Positions 29,107-38,959 of a DNA stretch of 64,000 bases are shown here, piece by piece. The position numbers and the translations under genes are program-made. Source of the stretch: Arenicellales bacterium (lineage in GTDB: Bacteria; Pseudomonadota; Gammaproteobacteria; Arenicellales; JAANXG01); the NCBI GenBank assembly GCA_049583715.1, contig JBAUWJ010000279.1, positions 8,172 to 72,171 of the forward strand, in the 5' to 3' direction. The notes beneath the pieces were generated by a model, which saw nothing but the letters and a program-made list of their open reading frames with translations, was not told the origin of the DNA and ran no database searches. How positions within the stretch are numbered: position 1 is the stretch's first letter; each line of letters begins with the position of its first letter.

Positions 29107-30474
29107 TCACTGCTCGCGGAGCGCCACCGTCACCGGCACCACGGCGGCCCGGACCGCCGGGAACAGGCCGCCCACGAAACCGATGGCCAACGCCCACTCC
29201 AGACCTCGCAGCAGCAGGCCGGGCTTCACCTGGAACTGGAAGACAACCTGGCTGAAGTTCGAGCCCAGGGTGGAAACCGTGTAGCCATTGAACACGGCCC
29301 AGGCGACACCCGCACCCAGGGCACCCCCGAGCAGCGCCAACAGCATGGACTCGAGCAGAACAGCCACGACCACCGGCACCCCCGTGAATCCCAGCGCCCT
29401 CAGCGTCGCGATCTCCCTCGCGCGCGACGCCACGGCCGCGTACATGGTGTTCAAGGCGCCGAAGACGGCACCGATGGCCATGATGATCGCGACCCCCGTC
29501 CCCAGCACACGGATGGTGCGGGTCAGCCGTTCCGATTGCTTGTTGTAGTAGTCGCGAGTGGTGTCGACGTCGACCTTCAGCCGCGGGTCGGCCGCGACCG
29601 CGGCCTTCAAACGATCGAAGGCCAGTGGGCCCGCCAGTCGTACCGTGACCGACTGGAAGGCGTTGCGGCGATAGGCGGCCGCCACGGACTCGTTGTCCCC
29701 CCACAGCTCCGAATCGTGCGCGTCTCCCGACTTGAACACGCCGACCACCCGCCACTGCTGGTTGTTCAGCCGCACCGTGCCTCCGAGGGCGAGGCCCCGG
29801 AACTGCGCCAGCGCGCCGCTTCCCACCACCAGCTCCCGCAGCCCCGGCCGGAAGCGCCGCCCGGCGACGATCCGCACGTTGGGCCTCAACGACCAGACCT
29901 CGGCGCCCACACCCCGGACCTCGACGTTCGAATCGGAGCCGGTGGAGCGCTTGGGCAGGTTGGCGACCACCACCACCTCGCTGGAGGCGATGGGGACGTC
30001 GTTGTGGTCGCGGAGAATTCCAGGCTCCTGCCGGATCAAGGTGACCGTGCTCCGATCCAGACCCGAGGACAGCTCCGCGTTGGCGCCGGCACGCAGTACG
30101 ATGGCCGTGTCGTCGCTGCCCGCCTGCTGCAGAGTCGCCTGGAATCCTTCTGCCATGGCCAGCAGGGCAATCAGCACCCCGACGACCCCCCCGATACCCA
30201 CCACGATGACCGACGTGGCGCCGAGCCGTTGCGGCACGGTGGACAAGCCGGTTCGTGCAATGGCGAGGGCCTGACGGCCCGTGCGCGACCCGACCAACCA
30301 GGCGGTGAAGACACCCGCAAGCGCGAGCACCAACAGGGGCGCGGTCAGCCAGACGGTCACCCCGAGCGCCGTGCAGGCGATCAGAACGAGGCTGCGCAGC
30401 AGCGACCGTCCGCTCCTCATGCCGCCGGCCTCAGCGCCCCGCCAGCGCATCGACGATGCGCAGGCGCATGGCAT
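29107..30474 (-). CDS. ABC transporter permease, FtsX/MacB-type (permease 2), with an N-terminal hydrophobic extension
   Basis: 455-aa ORF. It has a MacB-like periplasmic domain, a C-terminal FtsX 3-TM bundle (…AREIATLRALGFTG…) and an extra ~60-aa N-terminal hydrophobic region. The start is uncertain: ATG at 30474, 30450 or 30420. Confidence 0.85.
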   Translation of the reverse strand: MPCACASSMRWRGAEAGGMRSGRSLLRSLVLIACTALGVTVWLTAPLLVLALAGVFTAWLVGSRTGRQALAIARTGLSTVPQRLGATSVIVVGIGGVVGVLIALLAMAEGFQATLQQAGSDDTAIVLRAGANAELSSGLDRSTVTLIRQEPGILRDHNDVPIASSEVVVVANLPKRSTGSDSNVEVRGVGAEVWSLRPNVRIVAGRRFRPGLRELVVGSGALAQFRGLALGGTVRLNNQQWRVVGVFKSGDAHDSELWGDNESVAAAYRRNAFQSVTVRLAGPLAFDRLKAAVAADPRLKVDVDTTRDYYNKQSERLTRTIRVLGTGVAIIMAIGAVFGALNTMYAAVASRAREIATLRALGFTGVPVVVAVLLESMLLALLGGALGAGVAWAVFNGYTVSTLGSNFSQVVFQFQVKPGLLLRGLEWALAIGFVGGLFPAVRAAVVPVTVALREQ

Positions 30475-31591
30475 GAACGGCCGGCGGCAGACCGACCAGA
30501 AGACCGATGACCAGCATCAAGACCAGCCCGAGAGCCCAGGTCGAGAGAGTCAGCGGCAGGGTGAACTGTCCTTGGGTGGCCGCCGCCATGACCGGCAGCA
30601 GGAGCCGCGCCAGACCGAGACCCGCCAGCCCGCCGAGAGTCAACAGCAGCATGGACTCGCCGAGCACCAGCAGCAGCACGGTACGGTTGCTGAAACCGAT
30701 CGTCTTCAGGACCGCGAGCTCCGGAATACGATCGCGTATGGATTGGGCCATGGTATTACCGGTGAGCAGCACCAGAGTGAAGAACACCGCGCCCATGATG
30801 GCCGATACGATCAGGCCGATGTCCCCGATCTGCTTGGCGAAGGAGAGCTGAAACTGGTGCTCGCTCTCCGTCTTGGTCTCGTCCGCCGAGTTGGCGAACA
30901 AGTGATCGATGTCGCGCGCGACCCGGTCCGCTCGGCTGGCATCGGAGACCTCCACCACGTACCAGCCGACGGTGCCCTGGCCGAACTGGCGGGCCTCGTC
31001 GAAGTAGTCGTAGTGGAACAGCATCTGCTGCTCGATGCCCCGCAGCGCCGGGTCGGAAGCGTGAAAGATCCCGACGAGATCGAATGTCCAGATGTTGCTC
31101 CCATCCTTCTTGGGGAAGATCGTGGCCTGAAGAGGGATGCGGTCGCCCAGGTGCCAGCCGAAACGCTCCGCCAGCGTCTCTCCGGCGATGGCCCCCGTCC
31201 GGGTATTCAGGAAAGCCCGGCGCTGCCGCGGCGGCAGCACGATCTCCGGGTGCACGTCCAGGTATGGCGCCGGGCTCACCGCCATATTGGCGAAGAAATT
31301 CTTCGGATCCTGGTATATGCCTCCGAACCAGTTCGCGTACGCCACCTCGCGGACCCCGGGCACGCGCCGGATACGCGTCAAGTCCGAATACGGCAGGGGC
31401 TGGATGATGGAGAAGCGCGAAGCGACGATGAGCCGGTCGATGCCGGCGACGCTGCCGGGCGCGTTGAAGGCGACGCGCACCGCATCCAGCATACCGAACA
31501 GCGCGAAGGCCGCCATCACCGACAGCAGGGTCAGCACCGTGCGAGCCTTCTTGCGGAACAGCGCGGACCACAGCAGGTGCAGGTACTTCAC
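30431..31591 (-). CDS. ABC transporter permease, FtsX/MacB-type (permease 1)
   Basis: 386 aa. [33 protein letters not shown]… is followed by a periplasmic domain and an FtsX domain (…IPELAVLKTIGFSN…). It overlaps the ATPase stop as ATGA-type coupling (31591/31588). Confidence 0.9.
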   Translation of the reverse strand: MKYLHLLWSALFRKKARTVLTLLSVMAAFALFGMLDAVRVAFNAPGSVAGIDRLIVASRFSIIQPLPYSDLTRIRRVPGVREVAYANWFGGIYQDPKNFFANMAVSPAPYLDVHPEIVLPPRQRRAFLNTRTGAIAGETLAERFGWHLGDRIPLQATIFPKKDGSNIWTFDLVGIFHASDPALRGIEQQMLFHYDYFDEARQFGQGTVGWYVVEVSDASRADRVARDIDHLFANSADETKTESEHQFQLSFAKQIGDIGLIVSAIMGAVFFTLVLLTGNTMAQSIRDRIPELAVLKTIGFSNRTVLLLVLGESMLLLTLGGLAGLGLARLLLPVMAAATQGQFTLPLTLSTWALGLVLMLVIGLLVGLPPAVHAMRLRIVDALAGR

Positions 31592-32277
31592 GCCAGTGCC
31601 TGCTGCTCGACCAGCGTCCCCTTGTCCAGGTGCAGGGTACGGCGGGCGTACTCCGCGGCCTTCGGATCATGCGTGACCATGACCATGGTCTTGCCGAATT
31701 GACGATTGAGCCGCTGCAGCAGGCCCAGAACCTCCTCCGCGGAGTGCCGGTCGAGGTCACCGGTGGGCTCGTCGCAGACCAGCAGCGTCGGGTCCGACAC
31801 GATCGCCCGGGCGATCGCGACCCGCTGCTGCTGCCCCCCGGACAGCTCGCCCGGCTTGTGGCTCGCCCGGTCCTCCAGCCCCACCAGCTTCAGGGCGATC
31901 GCGGCGTTGCGGCGCCGTTGGGAAGCCGACAGCCGGGTCAGCAGCAAAGGCAGCTCCACGTTGCGCAGCGCGGACAACATCGGCAGCAGGTTGTAGAACT
32001 GAAACACGAAACCCACGTGTGCCGCCCGCCAGCGAGCCTGGTCGCCCGAGGAGAGCCGGTCGATGCGTCGGCCGCCGACGGTGATGGCGCCCTCAGAGGG
32101 CGTGTCCAGCCCCGCGACGAGGTTGAGCAGCGTGGTCTTGCCGGACCCCGACGGTCCCATCAAGGCCAGAAAGTCTCCCTCCGGTATGTCCAGGTCAACC
32201 TTGTGCAGGACCTCCACCCTCTGCCGTCCGCGCTCGTAGATCTTGCTGACACCGCGTACCTGAACCAGCTCAGTCAT
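31588..32277 (-). CDS. ABC transporter ATP-binding protein (MacB/LolD-like)
   Basis: 229 aa with Walker A (GPSGSGKTT), the signature motif ([14 protein letters not shown]) and Walker B ([12 protein letters not shown]). Confidence 0.95.
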   Translation of the reverse strand: MTELVQVRGVSKIYERGRQRVEVLHKVDLDIPEGDFLALMGPSGSGKTTLLNLVAGLDTPSEGAITVGGRRIDRLSSGDQARWRAAHVGFVFQFYNLLPMLSALRNVELPLLLTRLSASQRRRNAAIALKLVGLEDRASHKPGELSGGQQQRVAIARAIVSDPTLLVCDEPTGDLDRHSAEEVLGLLQRLNRQFGKTMVMVTHDPKAAEYARRTLHLDKGTLVEQQALA

Positions 32278-33511
32278 CTCCGCTTCCCGCTGAAACGGCT
32301 TTCGCTTTCACCCGCGTGCCGTCCGCCAGGCGCGGGGGCGGGTCGCGGACGACCCGGGCACCGGCGCTCAGGCCTTTGTCGACGACCCGAAGGTCGCCGT
32401 AGCTGTCCCCTACCGTCACGATGCGCAGTCGAGCCCGCTCGCCCTCGACGACGAATGCCACTCTGTTGCCGTTGCGCTCCACGAGGGCGGATGACGGCAC
32501 CAGCACCGCGCCTGCCGGGCGCCCGTCGGCGTTCGCCTTGTCCTCGAGGAACGACACCCGCACCCCCATGTCCGGGACGATCCGCGTGTCATGCGCCTCG
32601 ATGGCGATGCGCACCTTCACGGTCGCCTTGCTGCGGTCGGCCGTCGGGATGATTGCGATGACCTTGGCGGGTATCTTCCAGTCCGGGTAGGCATCCAGGA
32701 CCGCCGTCGCCGGTTGTTGCGGTTGAACCCGGTTGATATACGCCTCGTTGACGTCGACCTCGATCTCCAGAGAGCCCATGTCGACGATGGTGCAGATCCC
32801 GGTTCGCGTAAAACCTCCACCTCCGGAGATCGGCGAGACGATCTCGCCCGGCTGGGCCGCCTTGTCCACCACTACGCCCGTAAATGGCGCGCGGATGACG
32901 GTGTCGTCTTCGTTTACCTTGGCGATGTTGAGCTGGGCCTCCGCCACTGAGACCTGGCTGCGCTGGGCGTCGAGCTGGGCGGAGAGGGACTCGACCTTGG
33001 TCTTCGCGTCCTCCAGAGCCTGCTCGGCCGCGAGCCCGCGGCTGCTGAGTGCCTGCTGGCGCTTGAGATCGCGCCGGGCCTGCGCGAGCTGCGCCTGGAG
33101 CGAACCGAGCTGGCTCCGGGCTGCCGCGACCTGGGCTTGTGCGAGAGCGAGCTGGGCCTGTTGATCGGTGTCGTCGAGGCGAGCCAGCACCTGGCCTTCC
33201 TGGACATGGTCTCCTTCCTCGATGGAAAGCGAGGCCAGTTTGCCGGTGATCTTCGACGACACGGTGGCTTGCCGGCGCGCCGTGACATATCCGGCCGCCT
33301 CCAGCACCGCCGAGTCGGCGCCTGAGGCCGGCTGCGCGACGATGGTCTCCACCTCCGTCGCGCGGGCTTTGAGCATCAAGACCGAGGCGCCGGCGCCGCC
33401 CAGCGCCAGCAGCACGGCGACCAGGATCCACGTCCAGCGACGCCGCCGTGGCCCACCGGCGCGCTGTTCCGGGTCTATGCGAAGCTGTGCAAGAGGGTCG
33501 GTATCGTTCAT
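32270..33511 (-). CDS. HlyD/MacA-family periplasmic adaptor (membrane fusion) protein
   Basis: The ATG at 33511 gives MNDTDPLAQLRIDPEQRAGGPRRRRWTWILVAVLLALGG…. This includes a TM anchor, a long coiled-coil (QAQLALAQAQVAAARSQL…) and lipoyl/beta-barrel domains. The track ORF's first 32 codons run through tRNA-Ser(CGA) and were rejected. Confidence 0.88.
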   Translation of the reverse strand: MNDTDPLAQLRIDPEQRAGGPRRRRWTWILVAVLLALGGAGASVLMLKARATEVETIVAQPASGADSAVLEAAGYVTARRQATVSSKITGKLASLSIEEGDHVQEGQVLARLDDTDQQAQLALAQAQVAAARSQLGSLQAQLAQARRDLKRQQALSSRGLAAEQALEDAKTKVESLSAQLDAQRSQVSVAEAQLNIAKVNEDDTVIRAPFTGVVVDKAAQPGEIVSPISGGGGFTRTGICTIVDMGSLEIEVDVNEAYINRVQPQQPATAVLDAYPDWKIPAKVIAIIPTADRSKATVKVRIAIEAHDTRIVPDMGVRVSFLEDKANADGRPAGAVLVPSSALVERNGNRVAFVVEGERARLRIVTVGDSYGDLRVVDKGLSAGARVVRDPPPRLADGTRVKAKAVSAGSGDD

Positions 33512-33560
33512 TCGGGGGGCTCGGTTCCGGCAAGCCGATCGATCGGGATGCTTCTCGAAG

Positions 33561-33650
<90 letters not shown>

Positions 33651-33740
33651 GGCAGGCGCGAAAGACTAAACCAGCCTCAATATTGTTGCAAATGTATATG
33701 ACCAGCCTGACAGCCGAAATATCACGCCGCCCAACGCTCC

Positions 33741-35204
33741 GTGCTGGCCAGGCGTTCGATACCGGTTAGAATGCGAACCATGGCCGGCCCGCAGCTCAAG
33801 TTTCGGCACTGGCTGCCCGTGCTGCTAATCGCGGGGGGACTGGCAACCCTGCCCCTGTTCATGGTGCTCGACCGCCATCCAGTCGCCGATATTGCCCACG
33901 TCAAGCGCACGGGCAAGCTTCGGGTGCTCACGATCGAGGGACCGACCACCTATTACCGGACGCCCGATGGCCCGTCGGGCTTCGAGTACGACCTTCTCAA
34001 CGCCTTCGCGAAGAAGCTCGGCGTGCGCCTCGAGCTGGATGTTGCGGACAGCCTCGCCTCCATCTTCCCCCGGTTGCTGCGGGGGGACGCCAACTTCGCC
34101 GCCGCGGCTTTGAACGTCACCCCGGCTCGTGAGCAGATAGTGCGCTTCTCGATGCCGTACGAAACCATCAACACACGGGTAATCTACAGGCTTGGAGATC
34201 CCCGGCCTCAAGGGCTTCAGGACCTGGTCGGCCGGCGGGTCGTGGTACCGGCGGGCAGTGTCTACGCCCAGTTCCTGAGAGCCAGTCGGGCAGCGCATCC
34301 CGGACTTCGCTGGTCCGAGACCAGCAGCGAGACGCCGGAGGATCTTCTCGACGACGTCTGGGAACGGAACATCGACGTCACCTTCTCTCCTTCCAACCTG
34401 TTCACCATCGTCCGCCAGTACCAGCCCGACCTTCGAATCGGTTTCAGCCTGCCATCGAAGAGCCAGTTGGCCTGGGCGTTCCGGCCGGACGGCGATGACA
34501 CGCTGGTTCGTGCCGCCAACGACTTCCTGGAAGAGATGCGCCGCAGCGGCGAGCTGGCCCGCCTGATCGATAGATATTACGGCCCGGCCAGCAAGTTCGA
34601 TTACGTGAACGTCAAGACCTTCCGGCAGCGGATCGGGGCCGTCCTCCCCCGCTACGAGCAGCTCTTCAAACGTGCGGCGGCGGAGAACGATCTCGACTGG
34701 CGCCTGCTCGCCGCCCAGTCGTACCAGGAGTCCTACTGGGAGCCCGGAGCGGTGTCGCCGACCGGGGTACGCGGATTGATGCAGCTCACCGAGGCCACGG
34801 CCAGCCTCATAGAAGTAAAGGACCGCTCCGACCCCCGACAGAGTGTCCTTGGCGGCGCCCGCTACCTCCACAGCATTGTTCAGCGTATCGATGGCTCCGC
34901 TCCCGAGCCCGATCGCACCTGGCTCGCCCTGGCGGCCTACAACGTGGGCCTGGGGCACCTTCTGGACGCGCAGCGTCTGGCACGCGAGCAGCACAAGAAC
35001 CCGGACCAGTGGGCGGACGTCAAGACGACGCTGCCGCTCCTGACGGACCCCGAATGGTACAAGAAGACGAAGCACGGCTTTGCACGGGGTAACGAGGCGG
35101 TCGCCTACGTCACCAGGATCCGCACCTTCTTTGACATACTCGCCAGGCTCGAGCCCGACCCGTTGAAGGCGAATGACATGAAGATGGACGTGCCCGCTCT
35201 GTAG
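33741..35204 (+). CDS. mltF: Membrane-bound lytic murein transglycosylase F
   Basis: 487 aa. The N-terminal half is an SBP_bac_3-like domain (…GKLRVLTIEGPTTYYRTPDGPSGFEYDLLNAFAKKLGV…). The C-terminal half is an SLT domain (…QSYQESYWEPGAVSPTGVRGLMQL…AAYNVGLGHL…). The start may be an internal Met (33771 or 33780). Confidence 0.9.
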   Translation: MLARRSIPVRMRTMAGPQLKFRHWLPVLLIAGGLATLPLFMVLDRHPVADIAHVKRTGKLRVLTIEGPTTYYRTPDGPSGFEYDLLNAFAKKLGVRLELDVADSLASIFPRLLRGDANFAAAALNVTPAREQIVRFSMPYETINTRVIYRLGDPRPQGLQDLVGRRVVVPAGSVYAQFLRASRAAHPGLRWSETSSETPEDLLDDVWERNIDVTFSPSNLFTIVRQYQPDLRIGFSLPSKSQLAWAFRPDGDDTLVRAANDFLEEMRRSGELARLIDRYYGPASKFDYVNVKTFRQRIGAVLPRYEQLFKRAAAENDLDWRLLAAQSYQESYWEPGAVSPTGVRGLMQLTEATASLIEVKDRSDPRQSVLGGARYLHSIVQRIDGSAPEPDRTWLALAAYNVGLGHLLDAQRLAREQHKNPDQWADVKTTLPLLTDPEWYKKTKHGFARGNEAVAYVTRIRTFFDILARLEPDPLKANDMKMDVPAL

Positions 35205-35216
35205 CGCTCTTCGTGC

Positions 35217-35684
35217 TTACCTGTTCTTCTTTCGTTTCTCCAGGAAGAATTCGCTCAGCAGCTGCCCGCAGGACTCCCGCAGGACTCCGCCCGTCACCAG
35301 GCTACGATGGTTGAACAGCCGCGGTTTGAAGAGATCCGTGACGCTGCCCGCCGCACCGGACTTGTCGTCGAAGGCGCCGAATACGAGCCGCTTGATCCGG
35401 GCGTTGACGACGGCCCCCGCGCACATCGGGCAGGGCTCCAGGGTGACGTAGAGGGTCGTTCCCGGTAAGCGATAGTTCGACTTGCGGGCGGCGGCTTGCC
35501 GGATGGCCAGGATCTCGGCATGGGCCGTCGGATCGTCCAGGGACACCGGCGAATTGAAACCCTCGCCGATCACCTCGCCGTCTTCCACCAGCACCGCGCC
35601 GACGGGCACCTCTCCACGCTCCCGGCCGAGCCGCGCCAGAGCCAGGGCGTGCTCCATCCAGTGTTTGTCCGTCTCTACTCCCAC
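35217..35684 (-). CDS. tadA: tRNA adenosine(34) deaminase
   Basis: CDA fold with HAEILAIR…PCPMCAGA zinc motifs. I placed the start at the GTG at 35684, which overlaps the guaA stop and gives (M)[16 protein letters not shown]…. The ATG at 35657 is an alternative. Confidence 0.85.
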   Translation of the reverse strand: MGVETDKHWMEHALALARLGRERGEVPVGAVLVEDGEVIGEGFNSPVSLDDPTAHAEILAIRQAAARKSNYRLPGTTLYVTLEPCPMCAGAVVNARIKRLVFGAFDDKSGAAGSVTDLFKPRLFNHRSLVTGGVLRESCGQLLSEFFLEKRKKNR

Positions 35685-37249
35685 TCGATGGTGGCCGGCG
35701 GCTTGCTCGATATGTCGTAAGTCACCCTGCTGATTCCGGGCACCTCGTTGATGATGCGGTTGGATACCCGCGCCAGAAGATCGTAGGGAAGCTGGGCCCA
35801 TCGTGCGGTCATGAAATCCGTGGTCTCCACCGCGCGCAGCGCGATCACGTGCTCATAGGCGCGATTGTCCCCCACGACGCCGACCGACTTGACCGGCAGG
35901 AACACCGCGAAGGCCTGGCTGACCTTGTCGTACCAGTCGCTTTGGCGCAGCTCGCTGATGAAGATGTGATCCGCCAGGCGCAGGGTGTCGGCGTAGTCCC
36001 GGCGCACCTCGCCGAGTATCCGCACCCCGAGGCCCGGCCCGGGAAACGGGTGGCGCATCACCATGTGCTCCGGCAGCCCCAGGGTGAGGCCGACCCGCCG
36101 CACCTCGTCCTTGAACAGCTCCCGGAGCGGCTCGAGCAGCTCGAGCCGCATGTCCTCGGGGAGACCGCCGACGTTGTGATGGGATTTGATCACCTGCGCC
36201 GTGCCGGTCTTCGCCGCCGCGGACTCGATGACGTCCGGGTAGATCGTGCCCTGGGCCAGCCATCGCGCGTCGGCAATCTTTCCGGCCTCCCGCTCGAACA
36301 CCCGGATGAAGACGTTGCCGATGGCCTTGCGCTTCTCCTCCGGGTCCGAGACTCCCTTCAGGTGTTCGAGGAACTCGTCCCCCGCATCCACCCTGATCAC
36401 CCGGATACCCATGTGCTCGGCGAATGTCGACATGACCTCGCCTGCTTCGTTCAGGCGCAGTAAGCCGTTGTCGACGAATATGCACGTCAGTTGATCGCCG
36501 ATGGCCTCATGCAGCAGCGCCGCAACCACGCTCGAATCCACGCCGCCCGACAGGCCCAGTATCACCCTCTCGGCGCCGACCGTCCGCCGGATGTCGCTCA
36601 CAGTCTGGTCCACGATATTCGCGGGGGTCCAGTCGGGTCGGCAGCCGCAGACATGGATCACGAAATTGAAGAGAATCCGGTCGCCGTGCTCGGTGTGCGT
36701 CACCTCCGGATGGAATTGCAGCCCGTAAATCCTTCTGGACTCGTCGCAAATGGCCGCGTGGGGCGAGTTGTCGCTGACCGCGACCGTCGTGAACCCCGGT
36801 GGAAGCTCCGTGACCGCGTCGCCGTGGCTCATCCAGACCGAAATGGTCGATGCTCCGGGCGTCGACCCGGCCCCGGAGAGGCCTTCGAACAGCGCGCATT
36901 TGCCCTCGAGGCGAACGTCCGCGTGACCGTATTCGCGCTTTCCGGCCTGTTCGACCGAGCCGCCGAGGGAATCCGCCAGGCACTGCAAACCGTAGCAGAT
37001 GCCGAGGACCGGCAGGCCGAGGTCGTAAAGGCCCGCCGCCGGTCTCGGCGCGGGGTCCACGGTAACCGTGGCGGGTCCGCCGGAGAGCACTACACCCTTG
37101 GGGCTGAAGGCGTTCACGTCGGCGAGCGACATATCCCAGGGATGGATCTCGCAATACACGTTCATCTCGCGGATCCGGCGGGCGATGAGCTGGGTGTACT
37201 GCGAGCCGAAGTCCAGGATCAGGATTCGATCCACGTATCCCGACATCAT
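35675..37249 (-). CDS. guaA: GMP synthase (glutamine-hydrolysing)
   Basis: 524 aa with a GATase domain (…GICYGLQ…), an ATP-PPase motif (SGGVDSSV) and the C-terminal ending …PPATIEWE. Confidence 0.97.
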   Translation of the reverse strand: MMSGYVDRILILDFGSQYTQLIARRIREMNVYCEIHPWDMSLADVNAFSPKGVVLSGGPATVTVDPAPRPAAGLYDLGLPVLGICYGLQCLADSLGGSVEQAGKREYGHADVRLEGKCALFEGLSGAGSTPGASTISVWMSHGDAVTELPPGFTTVAVSDNSPHAAICDESRRIYGLQFHPEVTHTEHGDRILFNFVIHVCGCRPDWTPANIVDQTVSDIRRTVGAERVILGLSGGVDSSVVAALLHEAIGDQLTCIFVDNGLLRLNEAGEVMSTFAEHMGIRVIRVDAGDEFLEHLKGVSDPEEKRKAIGNVFIRVFEREAGKIADARWLAQGTIYPDVIESAAAKTGTAQVIKSHHNVGGLPEDMRLELLEPLRELFKDEVRRVGLTLGLPEHMVMRHPFPGPGLGVRILGEVRRDYADTLRLADHIFISELRQSDWYDKVSQAFAVFLPVKSVGVVGDNRAYEHVIALRAVETTDFMTARWAQLPYDLLARVSNRIINEVPGISRVTYDISSKPPATIEWE

Positions 37250-37322
37250 GCGTACCGGCAGGCCGGGCCGGGAACCCGTCCGGCTGCCCTGCCCGAAGCT
37301 GGGAAAGGCCTCCCGGGCCTCG

Positions 37323-38795
37323 TCATTTGCTGTTGCTGATCTGGTAGTTGGGCGCCTCTTTGACGATCGTCACGTCATGCACGTGACTCTCGCGGATACC
37401 GGCGTTGGTGATCCTGACGAATCTCGTTCGCGTACGCAGGTCCTCCAGCGTAGCGCTGCCCGTGTATCCCATGCTCGCTCGTACGCCGCCGATGAGCTGG
37501 TGGATGATATTGACGGCGGGGCCCTTATAGGGCACACGGCCCTCGATCCCCTCCGGCACCAGCTTCTGGGGATTGTCGGTGCCTTCCTGAAAGTAGCGGT
37601 CACGGGAGCCTGTTTCCATCGCGCCCAGCGACCCCATGCCGCGATAGGACTTGTACGAGCGGCCCTGGTAGATCTCTATCTCCCCGGGCGCTTCCTCGGT
37701 GCCCCCGAGCAGGCCGCCCACCATGACGCTGTGCGCGCCCGCGGCGATAGCCTTGGCGATATCACCCGAAAAACGGATGCCTCCGTCCGCGATGACGGGG
37801 ATGCCTTCCGGCCCCGCTACGCTCACCACATCCATGACGGCGGTGACCTGCGGCACACCGACCCCGGCCACCATGCGCGTCGTGCAGATCGAGCCCGGTC
37901 CAATGCCGACCTTCAAGGCGTCCACTCCCACGTCGATGAGGTCGCGCGCGGCTTCCGGCGTGGCGATGTTGCCGGCGACCACCTGCAGCTCGCCGTACTG
38001 TCTCTTGATCAAACGCACCCGGTCTATGACGCTGTTCGAGTGCCCGTGGGCCGTATCGACCACGATCGCATCGATCCCTTCCTGCACCAGGATGTCGACA
38101 CGCTCCTCGGTGTCGGCGCCGACGCCGACGGCAGCGGCCACCAGCAGGCGGCCATCCGCGTCCTTGCAGGCGTTGGGATGCTCGGTGGATTTCTGGATGT
38201 CCTTGACGGTGATCAGCCCCTTGAGACCGAAGTCGTCGTCGACCACCAGGATTTTCTCTATCCTGTGGGCGTGCAGCAGCCGCTCGATCTCCTTCCTCGA
38301 GGCGCCTTCCTTCACGGTGACGAGCTTTTCGCGCGGCGTCATCACACTGCGAACGGGCTCGTTCATGCGCGTCTCGAAGCGCAGGTCGCGGTTGGTGACG
38401 ATGCCCGCCAGACCCCCGCCATCCAGGACGGGCACGCCGGAGATATGATGTCTCCTGGTCAGCGCCAGCACCTCGGCGATGCTCGTCGAGGCATCCACCG
38501 TGATCGGGTCGATGATCACGCCGGTCTCGTATTTCTTCACCCGACGCACCTCTTCGCCCTGGCGGGCGGGCTTCATATTGCGGTGGATCACTCCGATACC
38601 GCCTTCCTGGGCGAGGCAGATGGCGGTGTCCGCCTCCGTAACCGTGTCCATGGCCGCCGAGACCAGGGGTATGTGGAGGGTGAGGGAGCGCGTGAAGCGG
38701 GTATCCAGGGATACCTGGTGGGGAAGGACATCCGACGCCGCCGGCACCAGCAGGACGTCATCGAACGTCAAAGCTTCATTTATAGTATGTTCCAT
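37323..38795 (-). CDS. guaB: IMP dehydrogenase
   Basis: The ATG at 38795 gives [25 protein letters not shown]…. A CBS pair is present, as is the catalytic loop [11 protein letters not shown]. Length is 490 aa. Confidence 0.96.
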   Translation of the reverse strand: MEHTINEALTFDDVLLVPAASDVLPHQVSLDTRFTRSLTLHIPLVSAAMDTVTEADTAICLAQEGGIGVIHRNMKPARQGEEVRRVKKYETGVIIDPITVDASTSIAEVLALTRRHHISGVPVLDGGGLAGIVTNRDLRFETRMNEPVRSVMTPREKLVTVKEGASRKEIERLLHAHRIEKILVVDDDFGLKGLITVKDIQKSTEHPNACKDADGRLLVAAAVGVGADTEERVDILVQEGIDAIVVDTAHGHSNSVIDRVRLIKRQYGELQVVAGNIATPEAARDLIDVGVDALKVGIGPGSICTTRMVAGVGVPQVTAVMDVVSVAGPEGIPVIADGGIRFSGDIAKAIAAGAHSVMVGGLLGGTEEAPGEIEIYQGRSYKSYRGMGSLGAMETGSRDRYFQEGTDNPQKLVPEGIEGRVPYKGPAVNIIHQLIGGVRASMGYTGSATLEDLRTRTRFVRITNAGIRESHVHDVTIVKEAPNYQISNSK

Positions 38796-38959
38796 TGGCG
38801 GATTATACGGAAAATCATTCGACGTGTTAACTTTCGCCCACCGCTCCTCTCGAACGAGGTTCGGTCGGTGCAGGCCCATACGTAGTCGAGTCGTGGCACG
38901 TATGGTCGATGCCTGTTGGATCACCTACAGACAACCCGAGATTATTCGCAACGCCGCCC

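Noticed and set aside
37068-38885. 605-aa plus-strand ORF antisense to guaB; likewise 10968-12734 (588 aa, antisense to purA), 716-2050 (antisense to rnr), 17909-19339, 26996-28057, 29071-30510, 30281-31702, 13925-14899 and 15094-16080
   Set aside because: These are antisense shadows of highly conserved housekeeping genes. No recognisable domains.
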